Origin: an uncultured Lachnospiraceae bacterium
Lineage (GTDB): Bacteria; Bacillota; Clostridia; Lachnospirales; Lachnospiraceae
Assembly: GCA_964383335.1 (NCBI GenBank)
Contig: CAYLHR010000002.1
Span: forward strand, 1 to 48,743
Length of the DNA stretch: 48,743 nt
Direction of reading: 5' to 3'
Made by a program: the position numbers and the translations under genes. Positions within the stretch are counted from its first letter, which is position 1. Every line of letters begins with the position of its first letter. Below are positions 8,951-18,529 of this stretch, piece after piece. The notes beneath the pieces were generated by a model, which did no database searches, was not told where the DNA came from, and saw only the letters and a program-made list of their open reading frames with translations.

Positions 8951-9955
8951 TTATTCCCTTTCCGATGGATGTATCTGTTCTGTACCCATACACCCTCTTC
9001 TGAGTTTTTCCAGCGGCAGCGTAAACGGCGCGCATGAAAGAAGAAACGGGATGAACAGGACCGGAATCACATACAGTAGTTTTCCGGGCACAGTCCGGCA
9101 GATGTGCATCAGATGAAAATGATTGGTGAGCATGGCCAGCGGATAATGCCAGAAAAACACGGAAAGGGACTGTCTGCCGGGCACTGCCAGCGGCGTTCTC
9201 CTCTCATCGAACAGCGACAGAACGGCGAAGCATAAAATAAAAGACAGAACATAACAGCCGGCCCGCAGCGCCGCCTCAGACAGATCTGGAGAAGGATAGG
9301 GAAACCGTCCGTTAAAATAGGGACGGAGAAAGTATAATTTTTCCGTGCACAAAAGACACAGCGCGCCCCACGCGCACAAAACAGCAGCCCCCGCGGTCCT
9401 GAACTTCCCTGTGCCGTTCAGGATAAAATCCGACGTCCGCTCTCCATCTGCCGCCATCTTTCCCGCCCAGAAGAAGGGAAAAAAGACAAACACCCTGGCA
9501 AGGACGAACTGATTGCCGATTGATCCGTCGAAACCGCTGAAGCAGCCGGCTGTGAGAGAGATCAGCAGCACGGTTCTGCCGTCCGCGTTTTCCAAAAACG
9601 CGGCGATCCCCGTAAAGGCAGCCATGGCGGCCATGAACCAGGGCAGACTGGCCGCGCTGAACAGGGAGAGAGACGCGTTTTTCCCCATAAGAACGTCCAG
9701 ACAATATGCCATGACCTTAAGCAGAAGATACAGCGAGAGATAGTAAAAGAGTTTCTCACGCGTTTTTTTATTCCTGTGAAACCAGCCCGCCAGAAAGAAA
9801 AAGAGGGGCATGTGAAAGGCATAGGCAAACAGATACACTCCCCTGAAGATAAGGGAGTGCTCCGCGTAAAAATCAAGAAAGTGGCAAAGTACCACCAGTA
9901 CAATCAAAAAACCCCGCACATTGTCAAATTTTACGATCCTGCCGGAATTCGACAT
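8951..9955 (-). CDS. Acyltransferase family 3 (polysaccharide O-acyltransferase)
   Basis: FDNVRGFLIVLVVLCH, FHMPLFFFLAG; about 10 TM segments. Confidence 0.88.
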   Translation of the reverse strand: MSNSGRIVKFDNVRGFLIVLVVLCHFLDFYAEHSLIFRGVYLFAYAFHMPLFFFLAGWFHRNKKTREKLFYYLSLYLLLKVMAYCLDVLMGKNASLSLFSAASLPWFMAAMAAFTGIAAFLENADGRTVLLISLTAGCFSGFDGSIGNQFVLARVFVFFPFFWAGKMAADGERTSDFILNGTGKFRTAGAAVLCAWGALCLLCTEKLYFLRPYFNGRFPYPSPDLSEAALRAGCYVLSFILCFAVLSLFDERRTPLAVPGRQSLSVFFWHYPLAMLTNHFHLMHICRTVPGKLLYVIPVLFIPFLLSCAPFTLPLEKLRRGCMGTEQIHPSERE

Positions 9956-10034
9956 TCCCCTGACTCCCCCGATCCGTCTGCGCCCCTGTCATCGAGTTTC
10001 ATCTTCCGTCTCCGGTCGGCTGCCGCAGCCTCTT

Positions 10035-11459
10035 TCATTTTCTGATGAGCTGCTTTATATATGATCCGAGCAGCGCCCTGTGATAAAATGCCGCCGCGGA
10101 AACAGCGGCAAGGAGAAGGGCCAGCAGGAAGATTCTCTGCGTGAAATGGCGATATAAATAATAATAGAGCGGAATCAGACCGAGCGCGAAGGCGAGAAGA
10201 AGAAAGATATACCTCGTCCTGTACACCTTCGCCATCCCCATGCGCCACACCAGGAAGAAATGAATTCCAAACAGCACCGCGTATCCCGCCACGGTTGTGA
10301 ACGCCGCCGCCACATACCCGTATCTCGGAATAAAGATCAGATTCAGAATCACATTCGATCCGGCGCCGCACATGGTCGCGAACGCCATGCCCACCGTCTT
10401 TTTTTCATAGGTCTCGATGTTCACGTAAAGGGTATAAATAAACTGGAATACGCAGCCGATCATGACCGGCGGTATGACATTCACGGAATCCGCATATCCC
10501 TTCCCGCCCATGATTCTCACGAGCTCCGGAGCCAGAAGTCCGATCATAAAAACGATGGAGATAAACAGCAGCGTATAGGGAACGGACCATTTTCTGGTAT
10601 TTCTGTAATTTCCGGCGTGCAGCTGCTCCGAAAGCCAGGGGGACCAGGCCTGATTCAGCGAGGTGGCCAGAATAGTGACCACCATCGCGCAGCTGTATCC
10701 GATGGAATACAGCGCGGCGTCCTCGGGTCCGCAGATATTCTTGATCATGGTCCTGTCCGACGCGGAAAGAATATTCAGCGACAGAAGGTGCGGAATATAG
10801 GGGATGCAGATTCTGAGGCAGTACCGGCTGTAGCTCCCCTTAAAGCATCTCCCCTTATTGAGAAGTACGGCAAAGAGCAGAAAATAAAGAACCACATGGG
10901 GAAGCGTGTAGCCCAGAAGCCTGCCCCGCAGTTTATCGGAAAAGACCAGAATAAGGACCACCGACATCAGCACGGAGAAGACATTGAGCGCCGCGCTCAG
11001 AACGGCGAAGGTTTTATATTTATATTCGATCCTCTGACGGATCTGATACGTCTGAAACGCCCCCGAGAAAAGGATGGTGAACATCATGACATGAAGCATC
11101 TCCGGAGAGATGCCCATGAAACCGGTCACCTGTTTTGAAAATACCGCCATCACAATCCAGGCGGTTCCTGTCGTCACCGCGCTGAGGACAGCAATGGACG
11201 ACGCGTACTCATCAAGATGCCCTTCGTAGTCAAATCTGGCCCTGGGTATCGTCACGTGCATATCCATCGTGACGATCAATGTGATCAGATTCAGCCAGAC
11301 CAGGTAGTTGCTGAATTCCCCGATATCCGCCTTGGAAAGAAGACGCGTAAAAATCGGGGTGGTCAGAAACGCAACCCCCTTGTTAAAGAAATTACAGACG
11401 ACATACCAGATACCGGCCTTTGCCGCGACAAAATTTTTTCTCTCCGTACCCTTACTCAT
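10035..11459 (-). CDS. wzx: Wzx-type flippase
   Basis: 474-aa polytopic protein; PIFTRLLS, SDRTMI, ALYSIGY, NLIFIPRYGYVAAA. Confidence 0.9.
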   Translation of the reverse strand: MSKGTERKNFVAAKAGIWYVVCNFFNKGVAFLTTPIFTRLLSKADIGEFSNYLVWLNLITLIVTMDMHVTIPRARFDYEGHLDEYASSIAVLSAVTTGTAWIVMAVFSKQVTGFMGISPEMLHVMMFTILFSGAFQTYQIRQRIEYKYKTFAVLSAALNVFSVLMSVVLILVFSDKLRGRLLGYTLPHVVLYFLLFAVLLNKGRCFKGSYSRYCLRICIPYIPHLLSLNILSASDRTMIKNICGPEDAALYSIGYSCAMVVTILATSLNQAWSPWLSEQLHAGNYRNTRKWSVPYTLLFISIVFMIGLLAPELVRIMGGKGYADSVNVIPPVMIGCVFQFIYTLYVNIETYEKKTVGMAFATMCGAGSNVILNLIFIPRYGYVAAAFTTVAGYAVLFGIHFFLVWRMGMAKVYRTRYIFLLLAFALGLIPLYYYLYRHFTQRIFLLALLLAAVSAAAFYHRALLGSYIKQLIRK

Positions 11460-12540
11460 CCCCGGTGCCTTGTTTCCGTTCCTTCTCCCCGATGATATTC
11501 ATGATCGTGTCCGCGATCCGGTACACGCCCTCCGCATCCAGCATGCCGGCCGCCAGCCTTCTCTTTTCCTCTCTGAAACCGGCATCCCGCACCAGCATTT
11601 CCAGGGCTTCCGTCACCCTTCTCACTCCCCCGGCGCTGATACCTCTGTCCTCCGTAAAAATATCTCCCGTCCAGAGTATGGCCGGCTCCAGCGCCTTAAA
11701 TGTCCTCTGTATTTCATTCACCGCGAAGACGACAGAGGGAATCCTCATCGCGAGCAGCTCATACACCGTCGTCCCGGCAGCCGTGACCGCCAGATCCGTC
11801 TCCGCCATAAGGCCGCTCATGGAGGCAACATTTTTATGGATCACAAACTCATCTCTTCCCTTTACCGCGGCGGCGATCTCATCTCCGTCCTCAAACAGCC
11901 CGCCCTGAACGATATGGTACTCGACCGGTCTCTCAAAGCGGACCGCCTTCAGTGCCTCGCAGAAGACCGGTACAAGCCGCAGTCCGTCAGACGCGCCCGT
12001 TGTGATCATCACCCGGAGCCGCGGTCCCTCCTCCCCGGAGCCGGCCGCGCGCGCGCACGCCTCGCGAAAATCTCTCCGCAGCGGGACGTAGGACGGCCCG
12101 ATCATCAGTGCCGTCTTTTTTCCGGAAAACCGCTCCCTGTAAAGCGCCGGATCCGCGGCGGCATTGTAATTGAGGAGGCCGGAAATCTCGGCCCCGCATC
12201 TGTACAGCCCGTCTATGAAAAAACACTTTGTGTTCTGCTGCAGCGCCGTCAGATAACCGTCCCCCGCCTCATAGCTGTCCACCAGGACCGCGTCCGCCCC
12301 TTCCCGCTTCATAAGGCGAAGAAGGCAGCCGGCGCCTTCTTCTGAAAAATCCGCATTCGGTTCGCAGAACCAGTCAAAATGTCTCTTCCGGGCTTCTTCC
12401 CTCCCGTATGTGTCTCTGGATACGAACATCACGCCGCAGCCGCGGTCAGAGAAGACCTCCGCCATCGCCATACACCGCATCACATGCCCCATTCCGATTT
12501 TCGGAGAGGCGTCTGCTCTGATACATAATTTCACTGCCAT
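11452..12540 (-). CDS. pseG: PseG/SpsG-family UDP-sugar hydrolase
   Basis: RADASPKIGMGHVMRC, VDSY, AAGTTVYELL; pse context; start may be GTG 12534. Confidence 0.8.
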   Translation of the reverse strand: MAVKLCIRADASPKIGMGHVMRCMAMAEVFSDRGCGVMFVSRDTYGREEARKRHFDWFCEPNADFSEEGAGCLLRLMKREGADAVLVDSYEAGDGYLTALQQNTKCFFIDGLYRCGAEISGLLNYNAAADPALYRERFSGKKTALMIGPSYVPLRRDFREACARAAGSGEEGPRLRVMITTGASDGLRLVPVFCEALKAVRFERPVEYHIVQGGLFEDGDEIAAAVKGRDEFVIHKNVASMSGLMAETDLAVTAAGTTVYELLAMRIPSVVFAVNEIQRTFKALEPAILWTGDIFTEDRGISAGGVRRVTEALEMLVRDAGFREEKRRLAAGMLDAEGVYRIADTIMNIIGEKERKQGTGDE

Positions 12541-13771
12541 TCCTCCCGCGTTGTTTATAGATGATGAAGCAGACGGCCAGTGCCGCCCAGAAATGGGGAT
12601 TGTACCAGAAGGAGTCGGAGATCATGAGCTTCATGCCGCAACAGAAAAACAGCCGGAAGACATCTCTTAAAACCAGATCCTTCTCGCGCAGCAGAATATC
12701 CGCCGAAACCCACAGGAGCACAAGAAGGAGGATCACGCCGGCAATCCCGAACGCCACAGTCATCTCAAGGACAATGTTGTGGCTGTACCCCCATCTGTAG
12801 GCTTTTCCGACCTCGGGTCTCTCTCCGTACGCGCCGTATCCGAAGGGAAAACGTGCGCGGATCATGCGGACCGCGATTTTCCAGATCGTGCTTCTGCCGT
12901 TCGTGTCGCTGATACTGCCGGACGCGATCTGCAGCAGATTTCTCGATGAGATGCCCGCCCGCTCAAACAGATTCTGAAGAAAGAGCAGAATGCTGCCGTA
13001 ATTGGCGGCGGCAAACAGCAATACCGCAGTCAGCCCCGTATATTTGATGCAGTTATGAGCCGTAAATCCCTTTCGGCACTCATCGAATGCACAAAGACCG
13101 ACATAACAGAGAATGAGAATCAGGACGCCGCGCGAGCCGTATATCACGGCGAGGAGGAGAAGAAGGATCCCTGCTGCCTGTTCCGCTTTTTTAAAACGCG
13201 GTCCGGCAAACAAGAGAAAAATCAGGCCGGCAAATACACACTGATAGCCGAAATTCATATTATAGGCCAGCATCTGCATGGTGACGCCGTCATTGGAGGG
13301 AAGTCTCCAATATCCCCGGAGGATTCTCCCCGCCGTCAGATAGAGCAGGTAGGGGGTCCACAAAACGGCACTGATCTTCAGATCTCTCCGCAGATGTTCT
13401 CCGTCCTTTACCAGTCTGACAATCAGATAGGCGCAGATGCCCCTGTCAAGCCGGAAGACCCGGGCCGCCAGCCCCCAGTTCCGGTCGGCGTACCAGGAGA
13501 GTACCCCGGGATTCCAGACGGCGCTCAGAATAAAAACCGCCGCCACGGCCGCGTAAAGCGCCGCGCTGTCCCGCCACCTGTCCGATGAAGAAGAGCACAG
13601 ACAGGCCAGGAGGAGAAGAAGCAGCAGAAGACGCGCGGTTCTTCCTCCCCCTATGCCGAGAACAGCGAAACTCTTCGCGACAACCTTGCTGTACAGCTCA
13701 TAGGTAAAGAAGCAGATAAACAGAAGGTCCGCCGGAGTGTCCCGGGATATTTTTACATAACCATCCTTCAT
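12446..13771 (-). CDS. wzy: Wzy polymerase / O-antigen-ligase family membrane protein
   Basis: Polytopic; GSRG, GRSTIW, GYGAYG, YSHNIVLE motifs; 3' end overlaps pseG. Confidence 0.75.
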   Translation of the reverse strand: MKDGYVKISRDTPADLLFICFFTYELYSKVVAKSFAVLGIGGGRTARLLLLLLLLACLCSSSSDRWRDSAALYAAVAAVFILSAVWNPGVLSWYADRNWGLAARVFRLDRGICAYLIVRLVKDGEHLRRDLKISAVLWTPYLLYLTAGRILRGYWRLPSNDGVTMQMLAYNMNFGYQCVFAGLIFLLFAGPRFKKAEQAAGILLLLLAVIYGSRGVLILILCYVGLCAFDECRKGFTAHNCIKYTGLTAVLLFAAANYGSILLFLQNLFERAGISSRNLLQIASGSISDTNGRSTIWKIAVRMIRARFPFGYGAYGERPEVGKAYRWGYSHNIVLEMTVAFGIAGVILLLVLLWVSADILLREKDLVLRDVFRLFFCCGMKLMISDSFWYNPHFWAALAVCFIIYKQRGRNGSEIMYQSRRLSENRNGACDAVYGDGGGLL

Positions 13772-15180
13772 TTCAGGTCTTTGTACCGTATTTTCCCGGA
13801 TTCATTTCTGGGAATGCTGTCAATGACGGAAACATGGAACGCGCCCTTCAGAATCCCCGTGGCTTTCGCCAGATACGAAGGAATCTCATCCGCGTGTTCT
13901 TCCGAAGTGACGTAAATCTCCATCCGCTTGTCCGTCCCGGTGCACGCACACTCCACTCCGAATGCGGTCTCAAGCATCCGCTCCGTCTGGTCCAGGCTTA
14001 CCCTGTAGCCGTACAGCTTGAGGAAGCGCGTTTTCCTGCCGATAATATAGTAAAAGCCGTCCTCATCGCGCCTGGCCATGTCGCCCGTGTGCGTTTCTCC
14101 GTGCCACTCATCTCCGAGCAGCAGCTCCTCCGGCGTCGTCGCGTAGCCCATCGTCACATTGGGACCGCGGTAGCCCATCTCGCCCTCCGCGACGGTCTCC
14201 CTGATCTCGCGGCCGTCATCATCGAGCAGGAAGAGCTCTCCCTCCGGAATGGCGATGCCGATCGTCCCCGTCTTCTCGAGGGCCCTGTCCGGCGGGCAGT
14301 AGGCCATTCTCGCCGTACACTCCGTCTGGCCGAAGGTGGCGAAGAATCTTTTGCCGGTTCTGTCCGCGTATTCGGCCAGCTCACGGAACATCTCGTCCGT
14401 CAGCTTTCCGCCGCCCTGTGCGAGAGTGGTGAGATCCGGAAGATCCATCCTGGTGAACCGCAGACGCTTAAAGCACTCATAGCTGAACGGGACGCCGGTA
14501 AAGTTTGTGGCGCGCTCATTTTTCAGATACTCCCAGAAATCGGAGCTCAGCAGACTGTATTCCGTCAGAAGGACCGTGGCTCCGACAATCATATGGCTGT
14601 GCAGGACGGAAAGTCCCATGGTATACTGCATCGGAAGATCCGCCATGGCTCTTTCGGAGGACGTAAATCCGAAAAATGAAGCAATATTGCGCGCGCTGGC
14701 TTCCAGATTCCGATAGCTGTGCCGGACCAGCTTGGGACTTCCGGTCGAGCCGGAGGTCGTCAGCAGCAGGGAGAGGTTCTCATGAAGAGCGGGCGCCTTT
14801 CTGCCCGTCCGGATGAGCGCGTAATCATAACAGCTGTAAACCGTTTCTCCCTCAAACTCGCCGGCGCGCCTCTCAGGCACCCAGAGATAGGACGGATGAT
14901 AGAGGTCGATCATGCTGCGCAGCATGCCCTCTTCCATCGCTTCATTGAGAAGAAGCGGCACTGCCTTTGCGGAAACAAACCCCATATATCCGGAAAATGC
15001 CCCCAGGCAGTTCCGGCAGAGAATAAATACCAGTTCTCTGGAACTGATCACATGGCTGATTTCTTCGCAGATATCACATAATTTCCCATAGGTCATGCGG
15101 CGGCCGGAATCATCCACCGCCGCCTCCGCATCTGTCGGATGCTGATTAATATTCAGAAACACCTGTCTTCTCCTTTTCAC
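13768..15180 (-). CDS. AMP-binding adenylation enzyme (acyl-CoA/acyl-ACP ligase)
   Basis: TTSGSTGSPK, FGQTE, TGD, GRKTRFLK, PRNESGKI. Confidence 0.92.
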   Translation of the reverse strand: MKRRRQVFLNINQHPTDAEAAVDDSGRRMTYGKLCDICEEISHVISSRELVFILCRNCLGAFSGYMGFVSAKAVPLLLNEAMEEGMLRSMIDLYHPSYLWVPERRAGEFEGETVYSCYDYALIRTGRKAPALHENLSLLLTTSGSTGSPKLVRHSYRNLEASARNIASFFGFTSSERAMADLPMQYTMGLSVLHSHMIVGATVLLTEYSLLSSDFWEYLKNERATNFTGVPFSYECFKRLRFTRMDLPDLTTLAQGGGKLTDEMFRELAEYADRTGKRFFATFGQTECTARMAYCPPDRALEKTGTIGIAIPEGELFLLDDDGREIRETVAEGEMGYRGPNVTMGYATTPEELLLGDEWHGETHTGDMARRDEDGFYYIIGRKTRFLKLYGYRVSLDQTERMLETAFGVECACTGTDKRMEIYVTSEEHADEIPSYLAKATGILKGAFHVSVIDSIPRNESGKIRYKDLK

Positions 15181-15932
15181 ATAACAGAACAGCCGTCAAC
15201 GCCGAGTACCTGCCCGGATATATAAGATGACGCGTCCGACGCCAGAAACAGACAGGCATTCGCGACATCCTCCGGCGACGCGATTCTTCCGAGGCCGATT
15301 CTTGAGATCCGGTCCTTCAGCGCGTCGGGATCCGCCTTTTTAAACATCTCCGTATCCGTCATGCCGGGCGCCACTGCGTTGACTCTGATCTGAAATCCCG
15401 CCAGTTCCTTGGCCGCGCTCCGGGTCAGGGCGATCACCGCCCCCTTGGACGCGGCATAGCCCAGCTGGCCGGGATTGCCGTAAATTCCAACAACTGAAGC
15501 AATATTAATTACACTGCCGCTTTTGTTTCTCATCATGATGCGCGCGGCATTTTGAAGTACATCGATCAGGCCGGTCACATTGACGCTCAGCATGTGCCCG
15601 ACGTGCTCCTTTTGAATCATGCCGATCGCCTCATTGTATTCCACACCGGCATTATTCACCAGAACGTCCAGGCGCTTTTCATTTTTCCGGATGAGATGAA
15701 GCGTCTCCCGGACGGCCGGTCCGTCTGTCACGTCCATGCGGACAGTGCGCAGGCGCGCCCGGCTTTCATCAGAAAGGGCGCCCGCCCAGCCCCTTTCGAT
15801 ATCCCCTTCTTTCCGCTCCGTGGCATACAGCACGGCGCCTTCCGAAAGAAATTTTTCCGCGACGGCCGCTCCGATCCCTCTCGAGGCGCCCGTCACAAGG
15901 CATATTTTTCCCTTCAGCGACTCACCGTTCAT
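15177..15932 (-). CDS. FabG-like short-chain dehydrogenase (3-oxoacyl-ACP reductase family)
   Basis: TGASRGIG, NNAG, YAASK, NAVAPG; start moved to ATG 15932 (SD AGAGG). Confidence 0.9.
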   Translation of the reverse strand: MNGESLKGKICLVTGASRGIGAAVAEKFLSEGAVLYATERKEGDIERGWAGALSDESRARLRTVRMDVTDGPAVRETLHLIRKNEKRLDVLVNNAGVEYNEAIGMIQKEHVGHMLSVNVTGLIDVLQNAARIMMRNKSGSVINIASVVGIYGNPGQLGYAASKGAVIALTRSAAKELAGFQIRVNAVAPGMTDTEMFKKADPDALKDRISRIGLGRIASPEDVANACLFLASDASSYISGQVLGVDGCSVM

Positions 15933-15960
15933 CCTGAAATCCTCTTTCGATCCGCGCGGC

Positions 15961-16200
15961 TCAGATGTCCACGCCGTAGCCGCGGAGGATCCGCTTTCCG
16001 TTCTCGTAGGATCCGAAGTGCATGATATCCTCCGGCTCGAACATGACATCAAATTCATCCTCCAGAGAGGCGATCAGATCAAGATGAACCAGGGAATCCC
16101 AGTTGGCGGTATCCTGGAATGTGAACTGCTCTCCCAGAGCGGACCCGTCCACATCAAAGGTCGTCTCGAAAATCTTCTTATACTTCTCCTCGTTTGTCAT
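15961..16200 (-). CDS. Acyl carrier protein
   Basis: 79 aa, acidic, WDSL phosphopantetheinylation motif, LEDEFDV. Confidence 0.92.
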   Translation of the reverse strand: MTNEEKYKKIFETTFDVDGSALGEQFTFQDTANWDSLVHLDLIASLEDEFDVMFEPEDIMHFGSYENGKRILRGYGVDI

Positions 16201-16793
16201 AATGTCTCTCCCGTTAAAGTAATATTTTCAATGGGGACCAGTCTGCTGACAGCGCGGCTGATTCTTCCTTTTCTCTCTTCCCACTGTTCCCGGGTCATCC
16301 TGTAAACATTGGCCTTTTCCGATGTTCCGTCCGACTTCTGAACGGTCATCTCCCGGACGAATTCACACCCGAAGCTTCTCTGAAGGCTGTCATTTTTCTG
16401 ATTGTGCTGCAGCACGAAGGTCCGCATAACCCCGTCCGGCATGGCCCTGAAAATATATTCCATCCTCGCGTACCCGAGAATGACGCCAAGTCCGCTGCCC
16501 TGCGTGTCCTCGGCGATCAGATAGGAGCCGGATTCGATCTCCCTCTTTTCCCGGTCAAACTTCATGGTCATGACGGCCGCGGGCTCTTCGTCGAAAAACA
16601 GCACAAAGACCTTACGGTCCTGATCGGTTTTCAGCTTCTCAAGAAACGCCGCATGCTGCTCCTCGGATATGGGCATATTGTCAACCATGTTGTTTCTGAC
16701 AAACTCCTGGTTTCTCCAGTGACGCACTTCCATCTGAAGCGGAACCGGGAGCGTCGTCAGATCCCGGATGACCGCGCTGTGCTGTTTACTCAT
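16197..16793 (-). CDS. pseH: PseH-like GNAT N-acyltransferase
   Basis: WRNQEFVRNNM, ISEEQH, QGSGLG, FVLQHN; pse context. Confidence 0.78.
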   Translation of the reverse strand: MSKQHSAVIRDLTTLPVPLQMEVRHWRNQEFVRNNMVDNMPISEEQHAAFLEKLKTDQDRKVFVLFFDEEPAAVMTMKFDREKREIESGSYLIAEDTQGSGLGVILGYARMEYIFRAMPDGVMRTFVLQHNQKNDSLQRSFGCEFVREMTVQKSDGTSEKANVYRMTREQWEERKGRISRAVSRLVPIENITLTGETL

Positions 16794-17817
16794 AGTCTCC
16801 TTCCCTCAGCGGATCGCCGAACGCCAGATCCCTGACCGCCGTCTTTCCGAGCACTTCCCCGTAGTACCGGGGGTGCAGCCCGTGGGCCGGCCGGATGATC
16901 GCGATGTTCTCCTCTGTCAGCTTTTCGCCTGCTTTGATATCTTTCCCGATAAACAGCGACCGGCGGTTGATCCGCTTATCCATCTCCCTCTGTGTCAGCG
17001 TGTACTCGCCGGTTCCCCTCGCCGCCTCGACGTTTCTGACCGCCCTCACCATGGCGGCAAACTCCTCCGGCTCCATGGAGAAGGCGGAGTCGGGGGTATG
17101 AAACTCCCGCGACAGACAGAAATGCTTTTCAATCACCGAGGCACCCAGTGCAGCCGCCGCGACGGCGACCTCGTACCCCATGGAGTGATCCGAGAGGCCG
17201 GCGGGTGTCCCGAAGTCCTCCGACATTCTGGGAATCAGGGACAGGTTCATATCCTCATAGACCGCCGGATACTCACTGGTACATTTGAGCAGGACCAGAA
17301 GGCTGTCATTCACCTCGCGGATTGTGTGAACCGCCTCTCCGATCTCGTCCTTTGTGCCCATGCCGCAGGAGACGATCATCGGACGGCCGAATGCCGCGAC
17401 GTGGCGGATGAGCGGCAGATCCGTCAGCTCGAATGACGCGATCTTATAGGCCTCCACATCCATCCCGCGCAGAAAATCCGCTGAAGTGAAGTCAAAAGGA
17501 GTGGAGAGAAAATCGATGCCCCTCTCCCTGCAGCGGTCCGCGATGGCCCCGTGCCACTCCCAGGGCGTATTCGCGTCCTGATACAGTTGGTACCGGGTAT
17601 ATCCCTTCCACAGGCCCGACGTCAGCTGAAAATATTCCTTGTCGCAGTCAAGCGTCATGGTATCCGCCGTATAGGTCTGTATCTTCAGACAGTCCGCTCC
17701 CGCGCGGGCCGCGGCGTCGACGATTTCGAGCGCTCTGTCAAGACTTCCGCCGTGATTCGCGGACATTTCCGCAATGATGTATACCCGGCGGTTATTGATC
17801 GCCTGTTCCAGTTTCAA
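16786..17817 (-). CDS. pseI: Pseudaminic acid synthase
   Basis: IIAEMSANHGGS, KIQTYTADTMT, STPFD, KIASFE, GLSDH, EKHF, C-terminal SAF domain; TTG start. Confidence 0.93.
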   Translation of the reverse strand: MKLEQAINNRRVYIIAEMSANHGGSLDRALEIVDAAARAGADCLKIQTYTADTMTLDCDKEYFQLTSGLWKGYTRYQLYQDANTPWEWHGAIADRCRERGIDFLSTPFDFTSADFLRGMDVEAYKIASFELTDLPLIRHVAAFGRPMIVSCGMGTKDEIGEAVHTIREVNDSLLVLLKCTSEYPAVYEDMNLSLIPRMSEDFGTPAGLSDHSMGYEVAVAAAALGASVIEKHFCLSREFHTPDSAFSMEPEEFAAMVRAVRNVEAARGTGEYTLTQREMDKRINRRSLFIGKDIKAGEKLTEENIAIIRPAHGLHPRYYGEVLGKTAVRDLAFGDPLREGDYE

Positions 17818-18529
17818 TGCCGCTTTCCTCCCGCTTTCCGAATAATTTTCTGTACTTCTCCTCCGCGGTCAGCCAGTCGGACGGAGTATCGATATCCTGG
17901 ACCTCCTCCTCGGGCAGGACCATGGCGACCATATTCCGCTCTTCATAGGGAACCGTGAAAATCTTCTCGGCGCTGCCGATATAAAACTCCCCGCAGTCAT
18001 AGTACAGTTTAGGAAGATCCTGGGTCCGCACATTCTGATACTCAGGCCACTTTTTCTTCAGCTGCCCGTCCGGCTCTATGACAAATCCCCTGAACACGGG
18101 CTGTGAAAATGCAGCCACGGGCGTCAGGAAATCCGCCCCCGCGTCCTCCAGAATGCGGAATGCCTCCCGCAGCCGCTCCGCCGTGATAAAGGGAGCGGTG
18201 GGATAGATCACGCAGTAGCGGTCAAACTTTCTGCCCAGCCGCTCATACTCCGTGAGAACTTCCTTTATGACATCGGCCGTAGTGGCAAAATCGCCGGAGT
18301 TTTCCTCCGTTCTCATAAACGGGCAGGAGGCTCCGTATGACACGGCCAGATCCCGGATCTCCGCGCTGTCGGTGGATACCATCACTTCATCGAAGAGCCC
18401 GGACTCAAGCGCCGCGGTGATGCTGTATGAAATAATGGGCCTGCCGCAGAACGGCTTGATGTTCTTGCCGGGGATCCGTTTGCTTCCCCCCCGGGCCGTG
18501 ATAATCGCGAGCGTCTTTCCTGAGATCAT
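17792..18529 (-). CDS. pseF: Pseudaminic acid cytidylyltransferase
   Basis: ARGGSKRIPGKNIK, STD, YPTAPF, RTQDL, QDIDT. Confidence 0.92.
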   Translation of the reverse strand: MISGKTLAIITARGGSKRIPGKNIKPFCGRPIISYSITAALESGLFDEVMVSTDSAEIRDLAVSYGASCPFMRTEENSGDFATTADVIKEVLTEYERLGRKFDRYCVIYPTAPFITAERLREAFRILEDAGADFLTPVAAFSQPVFRGFVIEPDGQLKKKWPEYQNVRTQDLPKLYYDCGEFYIGSAEKIFTVPYEERNMVAMVLPEEEVQDIDTPSDWLTAEEKYRKLFGKREESGIETGTGDQ

